This document shows, in pieces, positions 29,884 to 38,214 of a stretch of 39,515 nucleotides of DNA. Made by a program: the position numbers and the translations under genes. Location: positions 1 to 39,515 of the forward strand of contig DYNJ01000003.1 of the NCBI GenBank assembly GCA_020721085.1. Reading direction: 5' to 3'. The notes under the pieces are model-generated. The model was not told the origin of the DNA and ran no database searches. It saw only the letters and a list, made by a program, of their open reading frames with translations. How positions within the stretch are numbered: the stretch's first letter is position 1; the number at the start of each line of letters is the position of its first letter. The DNA is from Sulfurovum sp. (GTDB lineage Bacteria; Campylobacterota; Campylobacteria; Campylobacterales; Sulfurovaceae).

Positions 29884-30720
29884 TTACCATGGCCGTATCT
29901 CCTCGTTGTTTGGCTGTCTCTCCTCTCCCTCTTCGATTTGATACATCATAGAGGGCATCTGGCGCTGATCAAGCTTTTTGAGCGCCCTTTTGAGCTCTTT
30001 TTCGCCCATCTCTCCAAGCTGGGTTGTCTGCGCTTCCTGAGCCGCAGGGTTCTTTTGTTTTTTGTCCTCTTTGGAACCATCCCTGCCTTGCTGAGTTTGC
30101 TGCTTTTTTTGTTCATCCTGCTTGGACTGATCTTTGTTTTTGCTGTCAGATTTGCTCTGTTCGCTTTTTTGATCCTGATTTTGTTGCGGCGGCTGTTTTT
30201 GGGATTGAGGCTGATCTTTTTGCTGTTGGTCTTGTTGCTTTTGCTGGTCTTTGGATGATTGATTTTGATCTTGCCGGTTTTCTTCTTTATTGTTGTTTTC
30301 TTGCTTTTTCTTCTCTTTTTTTGCCATTTCCAAATTATGTCTGGTATCACGATCATCACGGTGTTTCAATGACTCTTCATAGCTCTCTATAGCCTTATCC
30401 GAATCACCGTTTTTGAGATAGCTGTTGCCTAGATTGTGGAGTCTCGAAGCCTCATCGGCGACTCCTTTGGCTGCCTGATATGCCTCTATTGCTTTGTCGT
30501 ATGATCCTTTTTTATAATATGTATTGCCTAGGTTATAATTCAACTCATTGGTATCATTGCTTTTTTTGATACCTTCAAACAAGGCAGCGCTTTTGGCGTA
30601 CTCCTTCGACTCATACGCCTCTTTCGCCTCTTTGATGGTCTGGAAATCCATCAAGCCGCCATAAGCTCCGCCCAAAAACCCGCACCAAAATGTTATGATG
30701 ATCCAAAACCTCTTTCTCAT
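29884..30720 (-). CDS. batC: BatC-like TPR protein with a long Q/K/D-rich low-complexity tail
   Basis: 278 aa. N-terminal hydrophobic segment; TPR-like repeats (YNLGNTYYKKGSYDKAIEAYQ, HNLGNSYLKNGDSDKAIESYEE); about 100 aa of Q/K/D/E/S-rich sequence. ATGA overlap with batB. Confidence 0.75.
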   Translation of the reverse strand: MRKRFWIIITFWCGFLGGAYGGLMDFQTIKEAKEAYESKEYAKSAALFEGIKKSNDTNELNYNLGNTYYKKGSYDKAIEAYQAAKGVADEASRLHNLGNSYLKNGDSDKAIESYEESLKHRDDRDTRHNLEMAKKEKKKQENNNKEENRQDQNQSSKDQQKQQDQQQKDQPQSQKQPPQQNQDQKSEQSKSDSKNKDQSKQDEQKKQQTQQGRDGSKEDKKQKNPAAQEAQTTQLGEMGEKELKRALKKLDQRQMPSMMYQIEEGEERQPNNEEIRPW

Positions 30721-31712
30721 CGTCCGCCTCCTTTTTGGGCTGTGACTCGTCTTCGTTTTGGAATAGATCCAAATGCCGTCAACAGCAACGCCAAAGCGCC
30801 GGTCAAAGGATAATAAAAGAGCTCTTCGCGGTCCTTTATCGTGACTGTGCCTGTTTGTTTGCTTTGGTGGTCGCTTCGGATCGCCTCTACAAGTTGCGCA
30901 ATATCATCTTTTTGATTTCCTGCTGCTACAAATGCTCCGCCGGTATCGATAGCGATCTGACCCAATGCGTCATTACGCTGCGTGATCACGATAGCGCCAT
31001 CAGGAGATGTCACAGGTTTGCCGTTGGAGTCAAGCACTGGCGCCCCCTCCGGAGTTCCTACCAAAACCGCATAAAGCGTTATCCCGCTCTCTTTCAAAAT
31101 ATCGGCAAATCCCTCAAGAGCCTCAGGGTCTCCGCCGTCACTGAATACAACCGCGATCTTGGGCTTTTTCTTCTCGAGCATAGATGCGCTCAATCGGCCC
31201 AGTGCCGAAAAATCAGTCGAGCCCATATTGATATAGCTGTCATTGACTCCATCTATGATCTGCGCAAGCGTCGCCTTGTCGCTGCTGAAAGGAGCCAAAA
31301 TAAACGAAGAGTGGGCGAAGGCAGCCAGCGCTATCTCATCGCCGGGCATCTTTTCAAACAACAGCTCCATCTTCTTTTTGGCAAATGCCAGACGGCTGGG
31401 ATAGTTGTCTTGGCTTCGCATCGAACCGGAGATATCCAGCGCGGCCAAAAGGCTCAGACCCTCCATCTCTATGACTTTATCGCTCTTTTCTATGACCGGT
31501 CTCGCCATCGCCGTGATCATCAGAAAAATAGCGGCAAACATGACGATATTGCGCACCATCAGAGGGATCGTATCATCCGCCGCGCTCAAACGCGCCAATA
31601 CTTTTTCATCAAATATTCTAGAAAGGCGGTCTTTGTTGGTCGATATCAGCAGTGCAAAAACAGTAAAAGGAAGGATCAAAACCCAAAAAAGATAAGGATA
31701 GACAAATGTCAT
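30717..31712 (-). CDS. batB: BatB-like von Willebrand factor A protein, membrane-anchored
   Basis: 331 aa. Two N-terminal TM segments; MIDAS motif DISGS; a further C-terminal TM. Confidence 0.85.
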   Translation of the reverse strand: MTFVYPYLFWVLILPFTVFALLISTNKDRLSRIFDEKVLARLSAADDTIPLMVRNIVMFAAIFLMITAMARPVIEKSDKVIEMEGLSLLAALDISGSMRSQDNYPSRLAFAKKKMELLFEKMPGDEIALAAFAHSSFILAPFSSDKATLAQIIDGVNDSYINMGSTDFSALGRLSASMLEKKKPKIAVVFSDGGDPEALEGFADILKESGITLYAVLVGTPEGAPVLDSNGKPVTSPDGAIVITQRNDALGQIAIDTGGAFVAAGNQKDDIAQLVEAIRSDHQSKQTGTVTIKDREELFYYPLTGALALLLTAFGSIPKRRRVTAQKGGGR

Positions 31713-31715
31713 ACG

Positions 31716-32639
31716 CTACACTCCTTTGGCATTGCGGTAATATACGAACAAAAGCAGGCTCAAGATAGACAAAAACAGCGGATAGATATAAAGATATGTA
31801 TGTACCGCTACTTTTTTGTCGTCGATCTTGCTTACTTCAAGCTTGTCGATCTCATCATAGACCTGCGAGAGCATTTGACTGTTTTGCGCACTAAAAGCCC
31901 TCCCTTTGCCCGCTTTGGCAAGCGCTTGCAGATACCTCGCATTAAAATCCATATCCGGCCGTCCGATACCGACAGTATAAAGCTTTGCTTCACTTTGTGC
32001 AACCACTCCTGCAACCTCTTCAATCCCCACTTTGCTCATATTATCCATACCATCGGTCAATAGGATGATGATCTTGGATTTGGCTTTGCTTTTGGACAAC
32101 AGAGCGTAGCTTTGCACCAGTGCATCTTGGATGGCAGTTCGTTTTCCTGCGATCCCTATCTGCTGATACTCTACTATCTTGCGCAAGAACTCCTGCTCAA
32201 ATGTCAAAGGAGAAGCCACAAAAGCCACATCGGCGAAGGTAATCATACCGATACGATCGCTTGACCGTTTGCCTATAAAATCGCTGACCACCACTTTGAC
32301 CAGATCAAATTTACTCCTCATAGGATCTATCGGATCAAATCCGCCTTTACGCATAGAATCGCTCGCGTCGATCACCAAGACGATATCCCGCCCCTCTTTT
32401 TTGCTGTTTTGATAAGTGTGCGTCATCACAGGAGATGCCAATGCCACGACTGCCGAGACAATCCCGATCCATTTGAGCCAGAGCAAAAGCGAACTTTTCT
32501 TGGCTCCGCTTCCCAGCAAAAGGGTCTCAACATGAGGAAAATAGATCGCCTTGCTCCTCTCCGCGCAAAACTTCGCACAGACCCAAAAAAGCAGTATGAT
32601 CCCCGACACAAAAGGATATTCAAAGCTAAATTGACCCAT
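31716..32639 (-). CDS. batA: BatA-like von Willebrand factor A protein, membrane-anchored
   Basis: 307 aa. N-terminal TMs; VLVIDASDS MIDAS motif; LLTDG; C-terminal TM. Confidence 0.85.
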   Translation of the reverse strand: MGQFSFEYPFVSGIILLFWVCAKFCAERSKAIYFPHVETLLLGSGAKKSSLLLWLKWIGIVSAVVALASPVMTHTYQNSKKEGRDIVLVIDASDSMRKGGFDPIDPMRSKFDLVKVVVSDFIGKRSSDRIGMITFADVAFVASPLTFEQEFLRKIVEYQQIGIAGKRTAIQDALVQSYALLSKSKAKSKIIILLTDGMDNMSKVGIEEVAGVVAQSEAKLYTVGIGRPDMDFNARYLQALAKAGKGRAFSAQNSQMLSQVYDEIDKLEVSKIDDKKVAVHTYLYIYPLFLSILSLLLFVYYRNAKGV

Positions 32640-33021
32640 CAGCTACCTGCACAAAAAGGCTGAACCTGTCAAGGGTATCTTGATCTACGGCTTCTACCTC
32701 TTTTTTGTATTTATATCGCTCCAGCAGCGGCAATAGCTGATCAAGCAGCTCTTTGCGCCTCGTATCCGTAGCCAAAAGCCTGGCATAATGCGTCGCAGTA
32801 TAGGCGCTTGCCTTGGGATCTGACCAATCGATCTCTTTGAGTTTTGCCAGATAGTGTCTTGTGAGATTTGCTCTGCGATACTCCAACAATCTTTTTACGG
32901 CAAAGAAAAGAATACTTGCCGCTATCACAGCGGCAAGAGTGATCAATCCATAGAAGATCATCTGTGTATTGTCGGGGATATCCAGGAGCGGTTTGATATC
33001 TCGGAGTTCTTCATTCATCAC
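32626..33021 (-). CDS. Small single-pass membrane protein (DUF4381-like position in Bat operons)
   Basis: 131 aa. LRDIKPLLDIP followed by the TM MIFYGLITLAAVIAASILFFAV. Sits between the DUF58 and batA genes and overlaps batA by 14 nt. Confidence 0.55.
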   Translation of the reverse strand: MMNEELRDIKPLLDIPDNTQMIFYGLITLAAVIAASILFFAVKRLLEYRRANLTRHYLAKLKEIDWSDPKASAYTATHYARLLATDTRRKELLDQLLPLLERYKYKKEVEAVDQDTLDRFSLFVQVADGSI

Positions 33022-33026
33022 AGATC

Positions 33027-33947
33027 CTATCTCATACGCCGGACAAGCTTCAGATACGGCTCTTCATCGGTGTAAATTTTGGCGAAACGGATGCCGTTTT
33101 TCCTAAACTCTTCATATAGCTTTTCGTCATTTTCCCTCAGCGCCTTTCGGTATCGTCCCATAGCAGCTCCGTCGATCGCGCCCTCGAAACTCTTCCGGCT
33201 TTCCATATCGATCAAGCGCAGATAGCCAAGCTCGTCCGGCTCCTCTTCGAAACGATCCCGCACGATAACAGCAAAGAGATCATGCTTTTTGCACAGCAGT
33301 CTCAGGTCAATATTACCGACAAAATCAGAGACGACAAAAAGCAATGAACGCCTCTTGATACGGTTAAATAATGTATCTGCAAATCCCCTGAAATCACCCT
33401 TTTTGCCTATCACATCAAATACCGTCATAGATTCGACTGCCGTATTGACCGCGAATAGTCTCTTGCTGGGCTTGCTGTGCGTATAAAGCCTGTCTGCGTA
33501 GATGATATGTGAGAAAATGTCACTGTTACGCAGGGCAGAAAAGCCCAGTATCGAGACGATCTCCGCCATCACTTCGCTCTTTTGTCTCACGGTGCCGAAA
33601 TAGACCGATCCGTTCATCATGCACGCCACCGTGACATTGAGCTGCCGCTCCTCTTTGGTGATTTTGACATACGGTTTTTGCAGTTTTGCGGTGGTTTTCC
33701 AGTCGATTTTGCGTACATCGTCTCCATAAAGATATTCGCGAAGTTCGGCAAACTCAAATCCATGCCCTTGAAACAGTGAAATATTGTTGCCCAGCATCTC
33801 GCCAAAGACCTGTTTTCTCGTCTTGAGAATGATCCTTTTGACTGCCTTGTTCACTCTGTGCCCCAACTCAAATTTAAGGGATCGGCACTGCTGCAAGTAC
33901 CTGCTCGATGATCTGATCCTGCCTGATCCCCTCAGCCTCTGCTTCAT
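33027..33947 (-). CDS. DUF58 family protein (MoxR-associated)
   Basis: 306 aa as tracked. Hallmark GHGFEFAELREYLYGDDVRKIDWKTTAK. The tracked start overlaps moxR by 74 nt. Alternative starts at TTG 33866 or GTG 33854 lie just after the moxR stop, so the 5' end is uncertain. Confidence 0.85.
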   Translation of the reverse strand: MKQRLRGSGRIRSSSRYLQQCRSLKFELGHRVNKAVKRIILKTRKQVFGEMLGNNISLFQGHGFEFAELREYLYGDDVRKIDWKTTAKLQKPYVKITKEERQLNVTVACMMNGSVYFGTVRQKSEVMAEIVSILGFSALRNSDIFSHIIYADRLYTHSKPSKRLFAVNTAVESMTVFDVIGKKGDFRGFADTLFNRIKRRSLLFVVSDFVGNIDLRLLCKKHDLFAVIVRDRFEEEPDELGYLRLIDMESRKSFEGAIDGAAMGRYRKALRENDEKLYEEFRKNGIRFAKIYTDEEPYLKLVRRMR

Positions 33948-34821
33948 AGCTCAGGATGATCCTATGGCGCAGTATCTCTTTGGCGATATAGGCGATCTCG
34001 ATCGGCGAGACATAATCCTTGCCTTTGAGATAAGCGATCGCCCTTGAAGCTTTATAAAGATCGATCGTAGCACGGGGAGATGCGCCAAACTCAATATAGT
34101 TTTTCAGTGTGTCAAGTCCATATTTTTGCGGCTCTCTGGTAGCAAAAACAAGCTCCACGATATACGCTTCTATCTCTTTGTCCAGATGCACCTGCATTGC
34201 CTCTTTGCGTATCTGCTCGAGATCATCTGCCGAAGCGGCCTGCACTATCGTGCCAAAACCCTCATTGGCAACCCGTCTGGCGATCTCCAGCTCTTCGTCT
34301 TTAGTATTGTAGCCCACCACCACCTTCATCATGAAGCGATCCAGCTGCGCTTCAGGCAGCGCATAAACACCCTCCTGCTCGACCGGGTTTTGTGTCGCCA
34401 TCACCAAAAAAGGCAGATCTATCTTGAAACTCTCATCGCCGATAGTCGCCTGTCGCTCCTGCATCGCTTCGAGCAGGGCGGACTGTACTTTTGCGGGCGC
34501 TCTGTTGATCTCGTCGGCGAGGAGCAGATTGGTAAAGATGGGGCCTTTTTTGATCTTGAAGGCATTTCGGGAAGGGTCGTATATCTCGGTACCTACGATA
34601 TCGGACGGGAGCAGATCGGGCGTGAACTGTACACGCTTGAAGTCGAGTCCCAGCGTCTTTGCCAATGCATTGACAGTCGTCGTCTTTGCAAGACCGGGCA
34701 CTCCTTCGAGCAGGATGTGCCCACGGCAGATCAGCCCTGTGAGCAGCCCCTCTATCATCTTCTCCTGACCTACGACAACCTTGCCGACCTCTGTTTTAAT
34801 CGCATTGATGATCTCACTCAA
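33874..34821 (-). CDS. moxR: MoxR-family AAA+ ATPase
   Basis: 315 aa. TTG start with a TAGGAG SD. Walker A GVPGLAKT; Walker B LLADEINRAPAKVQSALLEAMQE. Confidence 0.95.
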   Translation of the reverse strand: MSEIINAIKTEVGKVVVGQEKMIEGLLTGLICRGHILLEGVPGLAKTTTVNALAKTLGLDFKRVQFTPDLLPSDIVGTEIYDPSRNAFKIKKGPIFTNLLLADEINRAPAKVQSALLEAMQERQATIGDESFKIDLPFLVMATQNPVEQEGVYALPEAQLDRFMMKVVVGYNTKDEELEIARRVANEGFGTIVQAASADDLEQIRKEAMQVHLDKEIEAYIVELVFATREPQKYGLDTLKNYIEFGASPRATIDLYKASRAIAYLKGKDYVSPIEIAYIAKEILRHRIILSYEAEAEGIRQDQIIEQVLAAVPIP

Positions 34822-34840
34822 CTTACACTCCTATATCGAT

Positions 34841-34871
34841 AGGCACTGCATGGGTGTGCCTTTTGGTTTGG
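34841..34871 (+). terminator. Terminator-like hairpin oriented for the plus strand, located between two minus-strand operons
   Basis: AGGCAC (34841-34846), a 9-nt loop, then GTGCCT (34856-34861), followed by TTTGGTTTGG. In the minus sense the same hairpin is followed by AUCGAU, with no U tract. Confidence 0.3.
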
Positions 34872-34930
34872 CTAATATTACTCAAGTGGGGTAAATGAAA
34901 CATTAATAAAAGAGGTCAAAAGCAGTTGAA

Positions 34931-36097
34931 TTACCGCTCATGAAAGGCTTCTGAAAATGTCTTGATGATCGGCTTAGTCAGGTAGGTCAATACACTCCTG
35001 TTGCCTGTAATGATATCGACTTGAGCCGTCATCCCCGGAGAAAGATCTATTTTTTTGCCATCACCCGAGAGAAGATTGGTCTGCTCCATCACGATCAGAA
35101 CTCTAAAATAGTATTTCTCACCCTCAGCCGTTTTCTCGACCAGTGTATCAGGGCTGATATAGTGGACTTTGCCGCGAAAAATACCGTAGATACTATAGTC
35201 ATACGCATCGAGTTTGACGGCGGCATCTTGCCCGGTCTTGACAAATGAAATATCGCTTGGCGGCATCTTTGCTTCGATGATGAGCTTATCACCGAAAGGT
35301 ACCAGCTCCATGATCACATCACCGGGTCGCACCCTGGCACCCTGCGTGGTGACAATGATATTTTTGACGATCGCGTTCATAGGCGAGGAGATCACTGTGC
35401 GCTCCAGAGTGATCGCCCTGTCGGCAAACTCCTGCTCTTTGGTAGAGAGCTCCTCCTCGGCTTTGGTCATTTCGGTTTGAGAGTCCTGAAAATATTTGTT
35501 GCGCACATTGGCGAGCTTGCCTTTGATATCTGCAACCTGCCGCTTGAGCCGGATGATCTCCGTCGCACCTATGTCGCCGCTCTTGAGCAGCGGATAGTTG
35601 AGTCCCAGCTCCTCTTTCGCCAATTTCAGCGACTCCTCCAAAGTCGTGACATCGTCATTGAGCGCGCGTTGGCGGCGATGGAAAAGCTCGGTTTGGTTTT
35701 CGACAAATTCCGGATACTTTTTGACGGATTCGGGAAAAACAAGGGATTTTCCGTAGACTTCCGCCCTCAAGCGCGCCAATGCGGCCTGGAGCGCTGCCAC
35801 TTTGGCTTTGCTGTCATCAAATGCGGCTTGGGCTTGGGACTGCTCCAAGATGATGAGCTGCTCGTCTTTTTTGACCTGTTTGCCCTCCTGGACATAGATC
35901 TTCTCGACTACACCGTCGATCGCGGCTTGGATCTGCTGTGTTTTGGCGGTTGCGATCACCTGCCCTTGGGCATGGGATATCTGATCTATATGAGCATAAT
36001 TGGACCAGACCAAAAAAGGCACAAGCACTACCAGCAAAACCCCAAAGATCATCCATAGAGGATTTAAGTGCAAACGATATGGAAGTTTTTGATGCAT
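34931..36097 (-). CDS. HlyD-family type I secretion membrane fusion protein
   Basis: 388 aa. Short cytoplasmic N-terminus, a single TM (LWMIFGVLLVVLVPFLVW), a long coiled-coil, and a C-terminal GMTAQVDIITGNRSVLTYLTKP. 1-nt TAATG overlap with the ABC gene. Confidence 0.93.
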   Translation of the reverse strand: MHQKLPYRLHLNPLWMIFGVLLVVLVPFLVWSNYAHIDQISHAQGQVIATAKTQQIQAAIDGVVEKIYVQEGKQVKKDEQLIILEQSQAQAAFDDSKAKVAALQAALARLRAEVYGKSLVFPESVKKYPEFVENQTELFHRRQRALNDDVTTLEESLKLAKEELGLNYPLLKSGDIGATEIIRLKRQVADIKGKLANVRNKYFQDSQTEMTKAEEELSTKEQEFADRAITLERTVISSPMNAIVKNIIVTTQGARVRPGDVIMELVPFGDKLIIEAKMPPSDISFVKTGQDAAVKLDAYDYSIYGIFRGKVHYISPDTLVEKTAEGEKYYFRVLIVMEQTNLLSGDGKKIDLSPGMTAQVDIITGNRSVLTYLTKPIIKTFSEAFHER

Positions 36098-38214
36098 TAT
36101 GATTTCCCCTGAGGTTGTATTTTTCCGGCACTATTGAGCTTTTGCAATACGGCATCCTTGGGACCGTCCATAGCGATACCCTGCGGCGTCATGACGATGA
36201 TGCGATTGACGAGCCCCAGCAAGGCGGGCTTGTGCGTGACCAACACCAGCGTACTTTGGGGAGTGAGCTGTTGGTGTATCGCCTCCAGTATCTGTCTCTC
36301 GGTGCGCTCATCCATATTTGCCGTAGGCTCATCCAGCAGCCACGCACGAGGTTTCATCAGCAGTATCCGTGTCATGGCAATCATCTGCTTCTGTCCGCCG
36401 GAAACACTCTCTCCGCCTTCGGGCACCGGCGTATCCAAGCCTTGGGGCAGCGCATTGATCAATAGACTCAATCCTGTTTTTTGAGCCGCGGCCAAGATCT
36501 CTTCGTCATTGATCCCCACCAGTCCCAGCAAGAGATTGTCACGCAGTGTGCCCGAGATCAATTTGACACTTTGAGGCAGATATCCGATGGTTTCATTCAG
36601 ACGGTTGCGCGAGATCTGATGGATATCTATCCCGCCGATCAGCACTTTGCCCTCCTGGGGTCTATAGAGGCCGCTGAGTATCTTGAGCAGTGTGGATTTG
36701 CCTGACCCGATCATGCCCAGCACCGCCACCCTCTCGCCGGGAGCGATCACCAGCTTGGGCACTTTGACTGTGGGAGCATTTTCCCCGTAAGTGAACCCCA
36801 CGCCGTCACAGCGAAAATGAGGCTGGATCATCGACGGCGAAAGAGGTCTGGATACCCCTTCATTGTCACGGTCAAGCGCATAGACGCGATCCAGATCTTC
36901 TATGGATATCTTGGTCCTTCCCCACTGCATCAAGAGATTTGGCAGTTGCGCAATTGGCGCCAGTACCCGCCCGGAGAGGATAGTCGTCGCGATCAGCCCC
37001 CCCATCGTCAAGCCATCCATCGTCGCCACCAGATAAGCGCCCATTGCTACCAAAGAGATGTAGCTGAACTGCTGCATAAATGCCGATACATAGGTGGTCA
37101 TTTCACTGTAGTGGCGGATCTCTATGTCATCATTGATCGCGCTCTCAGTCAATGCGTTCCAGCGGCTCAGGATACTCCATCCGGCACCTGTAGCTTTGAT
37201 ATTTTCAGCGCTCTCCAGACTCTCCACGAGCAGACCCAGCTTCTTGTGCGATGCCATAGATGATGTCTTGGAGAGCATCTCTATCTTCTTGCGGAAAAAA
37301 GTACCCACCAAGATCGCTATGATCAAAAATGCCAATACGATCCCGCCCATCGTCCATCCTGCAAGCATAATGATCACAGCGAGGAAAATCATCGAAAAAG
37401 GAAAATCGATAAAGACATACAATGCCACCGAAGAGATAAAAGCCCGTACCGTCGCATAACTCTGGAGCTGACCTGAAAGCGTGCCGATACTTTTGGGCAG
37501 CGCATCAAGACGGATCTTCAAAAAACGGCTGAAGATATCATGAGAGTAGGCTATATCCATCTCTTTGGACGCGATATCGAGGATATACGAGCGGGAGAGC
37601 TTGAGTATCATCTCCAGCAGAATCGCCACAAAAACTCCTATACTCAAAGCAACCAGCGTAGTCAACCCCTGTGTCGGGATCACTCTGTCATAGACCTGCA
37701 AACTGAAAAACGAGGTTGCCAACGCCAGCAGATTGATACTCAATGAAGCGATGACGGCATAGGTCATCAGCGGTTTTTGCTTCCAAGCCACGGCTTTAAA
37801 CATTGCTTTGGCGGATATCTTCTCTGTCGAACCTGTCTCAGATCTGATCGGCAAAAAGCGCGTACCCTCAGCGAAGCTCCTTTGGGTTCTCACCCCCTCT
37901 TTGCCTTCGCTCTTCCAGCTTCCGTCCGCCTCCTGCTCCATCACGATGCGCATCCCTCCGCCGGGCACAAGCGCCAGCATGGGGAGGGACTCTTGGGAGA
38001 TTTTGGTACGCCACATGGCTTTTTTGACCCCCGACTCTGTCAAAAATGCTTCATACAAAGCGGCCACGCCCTTGTCATTGCTGTCGGAGACTCTCTGTTT
38101 GAGTATTTCCAGCTCGTAAGCCGAGAGCCTAAACGACGAAAAGGGCGCTATCGAACAGGATTGGACAAGCCACTCCAAATCACATTTCACCTCTTCGGTG
38201 TCGGCATAGATCAT
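36097..38214 (-). CDS. Type I secretion ABC transporter (permease/ATPase) with a non-catalytic C39-like N-terminal domain
   Basis: 705 aa. Walker A GMIGSGKST, signature VSGGQKQ, Walker B AWLLDEPT, H-loop VTHK. A ~150-aa N-terminal extension precedes the first TM and contains no histidine at all. ATGA overlap with tolC. Confidence 0.95.
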   Translation of the reverse strand: MIYADTEEVKCDLEWLVQSCSIAPFSSFRLSAYELEILKQRVSDSNDKGVAALYEAFLTESGVKKAMWRTKISQESLPMLALVPGGGMRIVMEQEADGSWKSEGKEGVRTQRSFAEGTRFLPIRSETGSTEKISAKAMFKAVAWKQKPLMTYAVIASLSINLLALATSFFSLQVYDRVIPTQGLTTLVALSIGVFVAILLEMILKLSRSYILDIASKEMDIAYSHDIFSRFLKIRLDALPKSIGTLSGQLQSYATVRAFISSVALYVFIDFPFSMIFLAVIIMLAGWTMGGIVLAFLIIAILVGTFFRKKIEMLSKTSSMASHKKLGLLVESLESAENIKATGAGWSILSRWNALTESAINDDIEIRHYSEMTTYVSAFMQQFSYISLVAMGAYLVATMDGLTMGGLIATTILSGRVLAPIAQLPNLLMQWGRTKISIEDLDRVYALDRDNEGVSRPLSPSMIQPHFRCDGVGFTYGENAPTVKVPKLVIAPGERVAVLGMIGSGKSTLLKILSGLYRPQEGKVLIGGIDIHQISRNRLNETIGYLPQSVKLISGTLRDNLLLGLVGINDEEILAAAQKTGLSLLINALPQGLDTPVPEGGESVSGGQKQMIAMTRILLMKPRAWLLDEPTANMDERTERQILEAIHQQLTPQSTLVLVTHKPALLGLVNRIIVMTPQGIAMDGPKDAVLQKLNSAGKIQPQGKS

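Noticed and set aside
29812-30392. Three overlapping ORFs (29812-30258 +, 29946-30359 -, 30024-30392 +) in the batC region.
   Set aside because: They are artefacts of stop-codon-free low-complexity DNA. Only the frame giving TPR repeats plus the Q/K tail, with an ATGA overlap to batB, makes biological sense.
30735-32063. A 442-aa plus-strand ORF, the longest non-annotated ORF in the window.
   Set aside because: It lies entirely antisense to batB and batA, both of which have clear vWA/MIDAS motifs. Its translation is R/H/C/K/Q-rich with no recognisable motif, no SD and no TM or domain pattern. This is a typical shadow ORF.
34126-34842. A 238-aa plus-strand ORF antisense to moxR that ends exactly at the plus-oriented hairpin. 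I considered whether ORF plus terminator form a real gene.
   Set aside because: The sequence is H/R/L/C-rich with no motif and is fully contained in the highly conserved moxR. The coincidence with the hairpin is noted in the findings, but coding potential is not supported.
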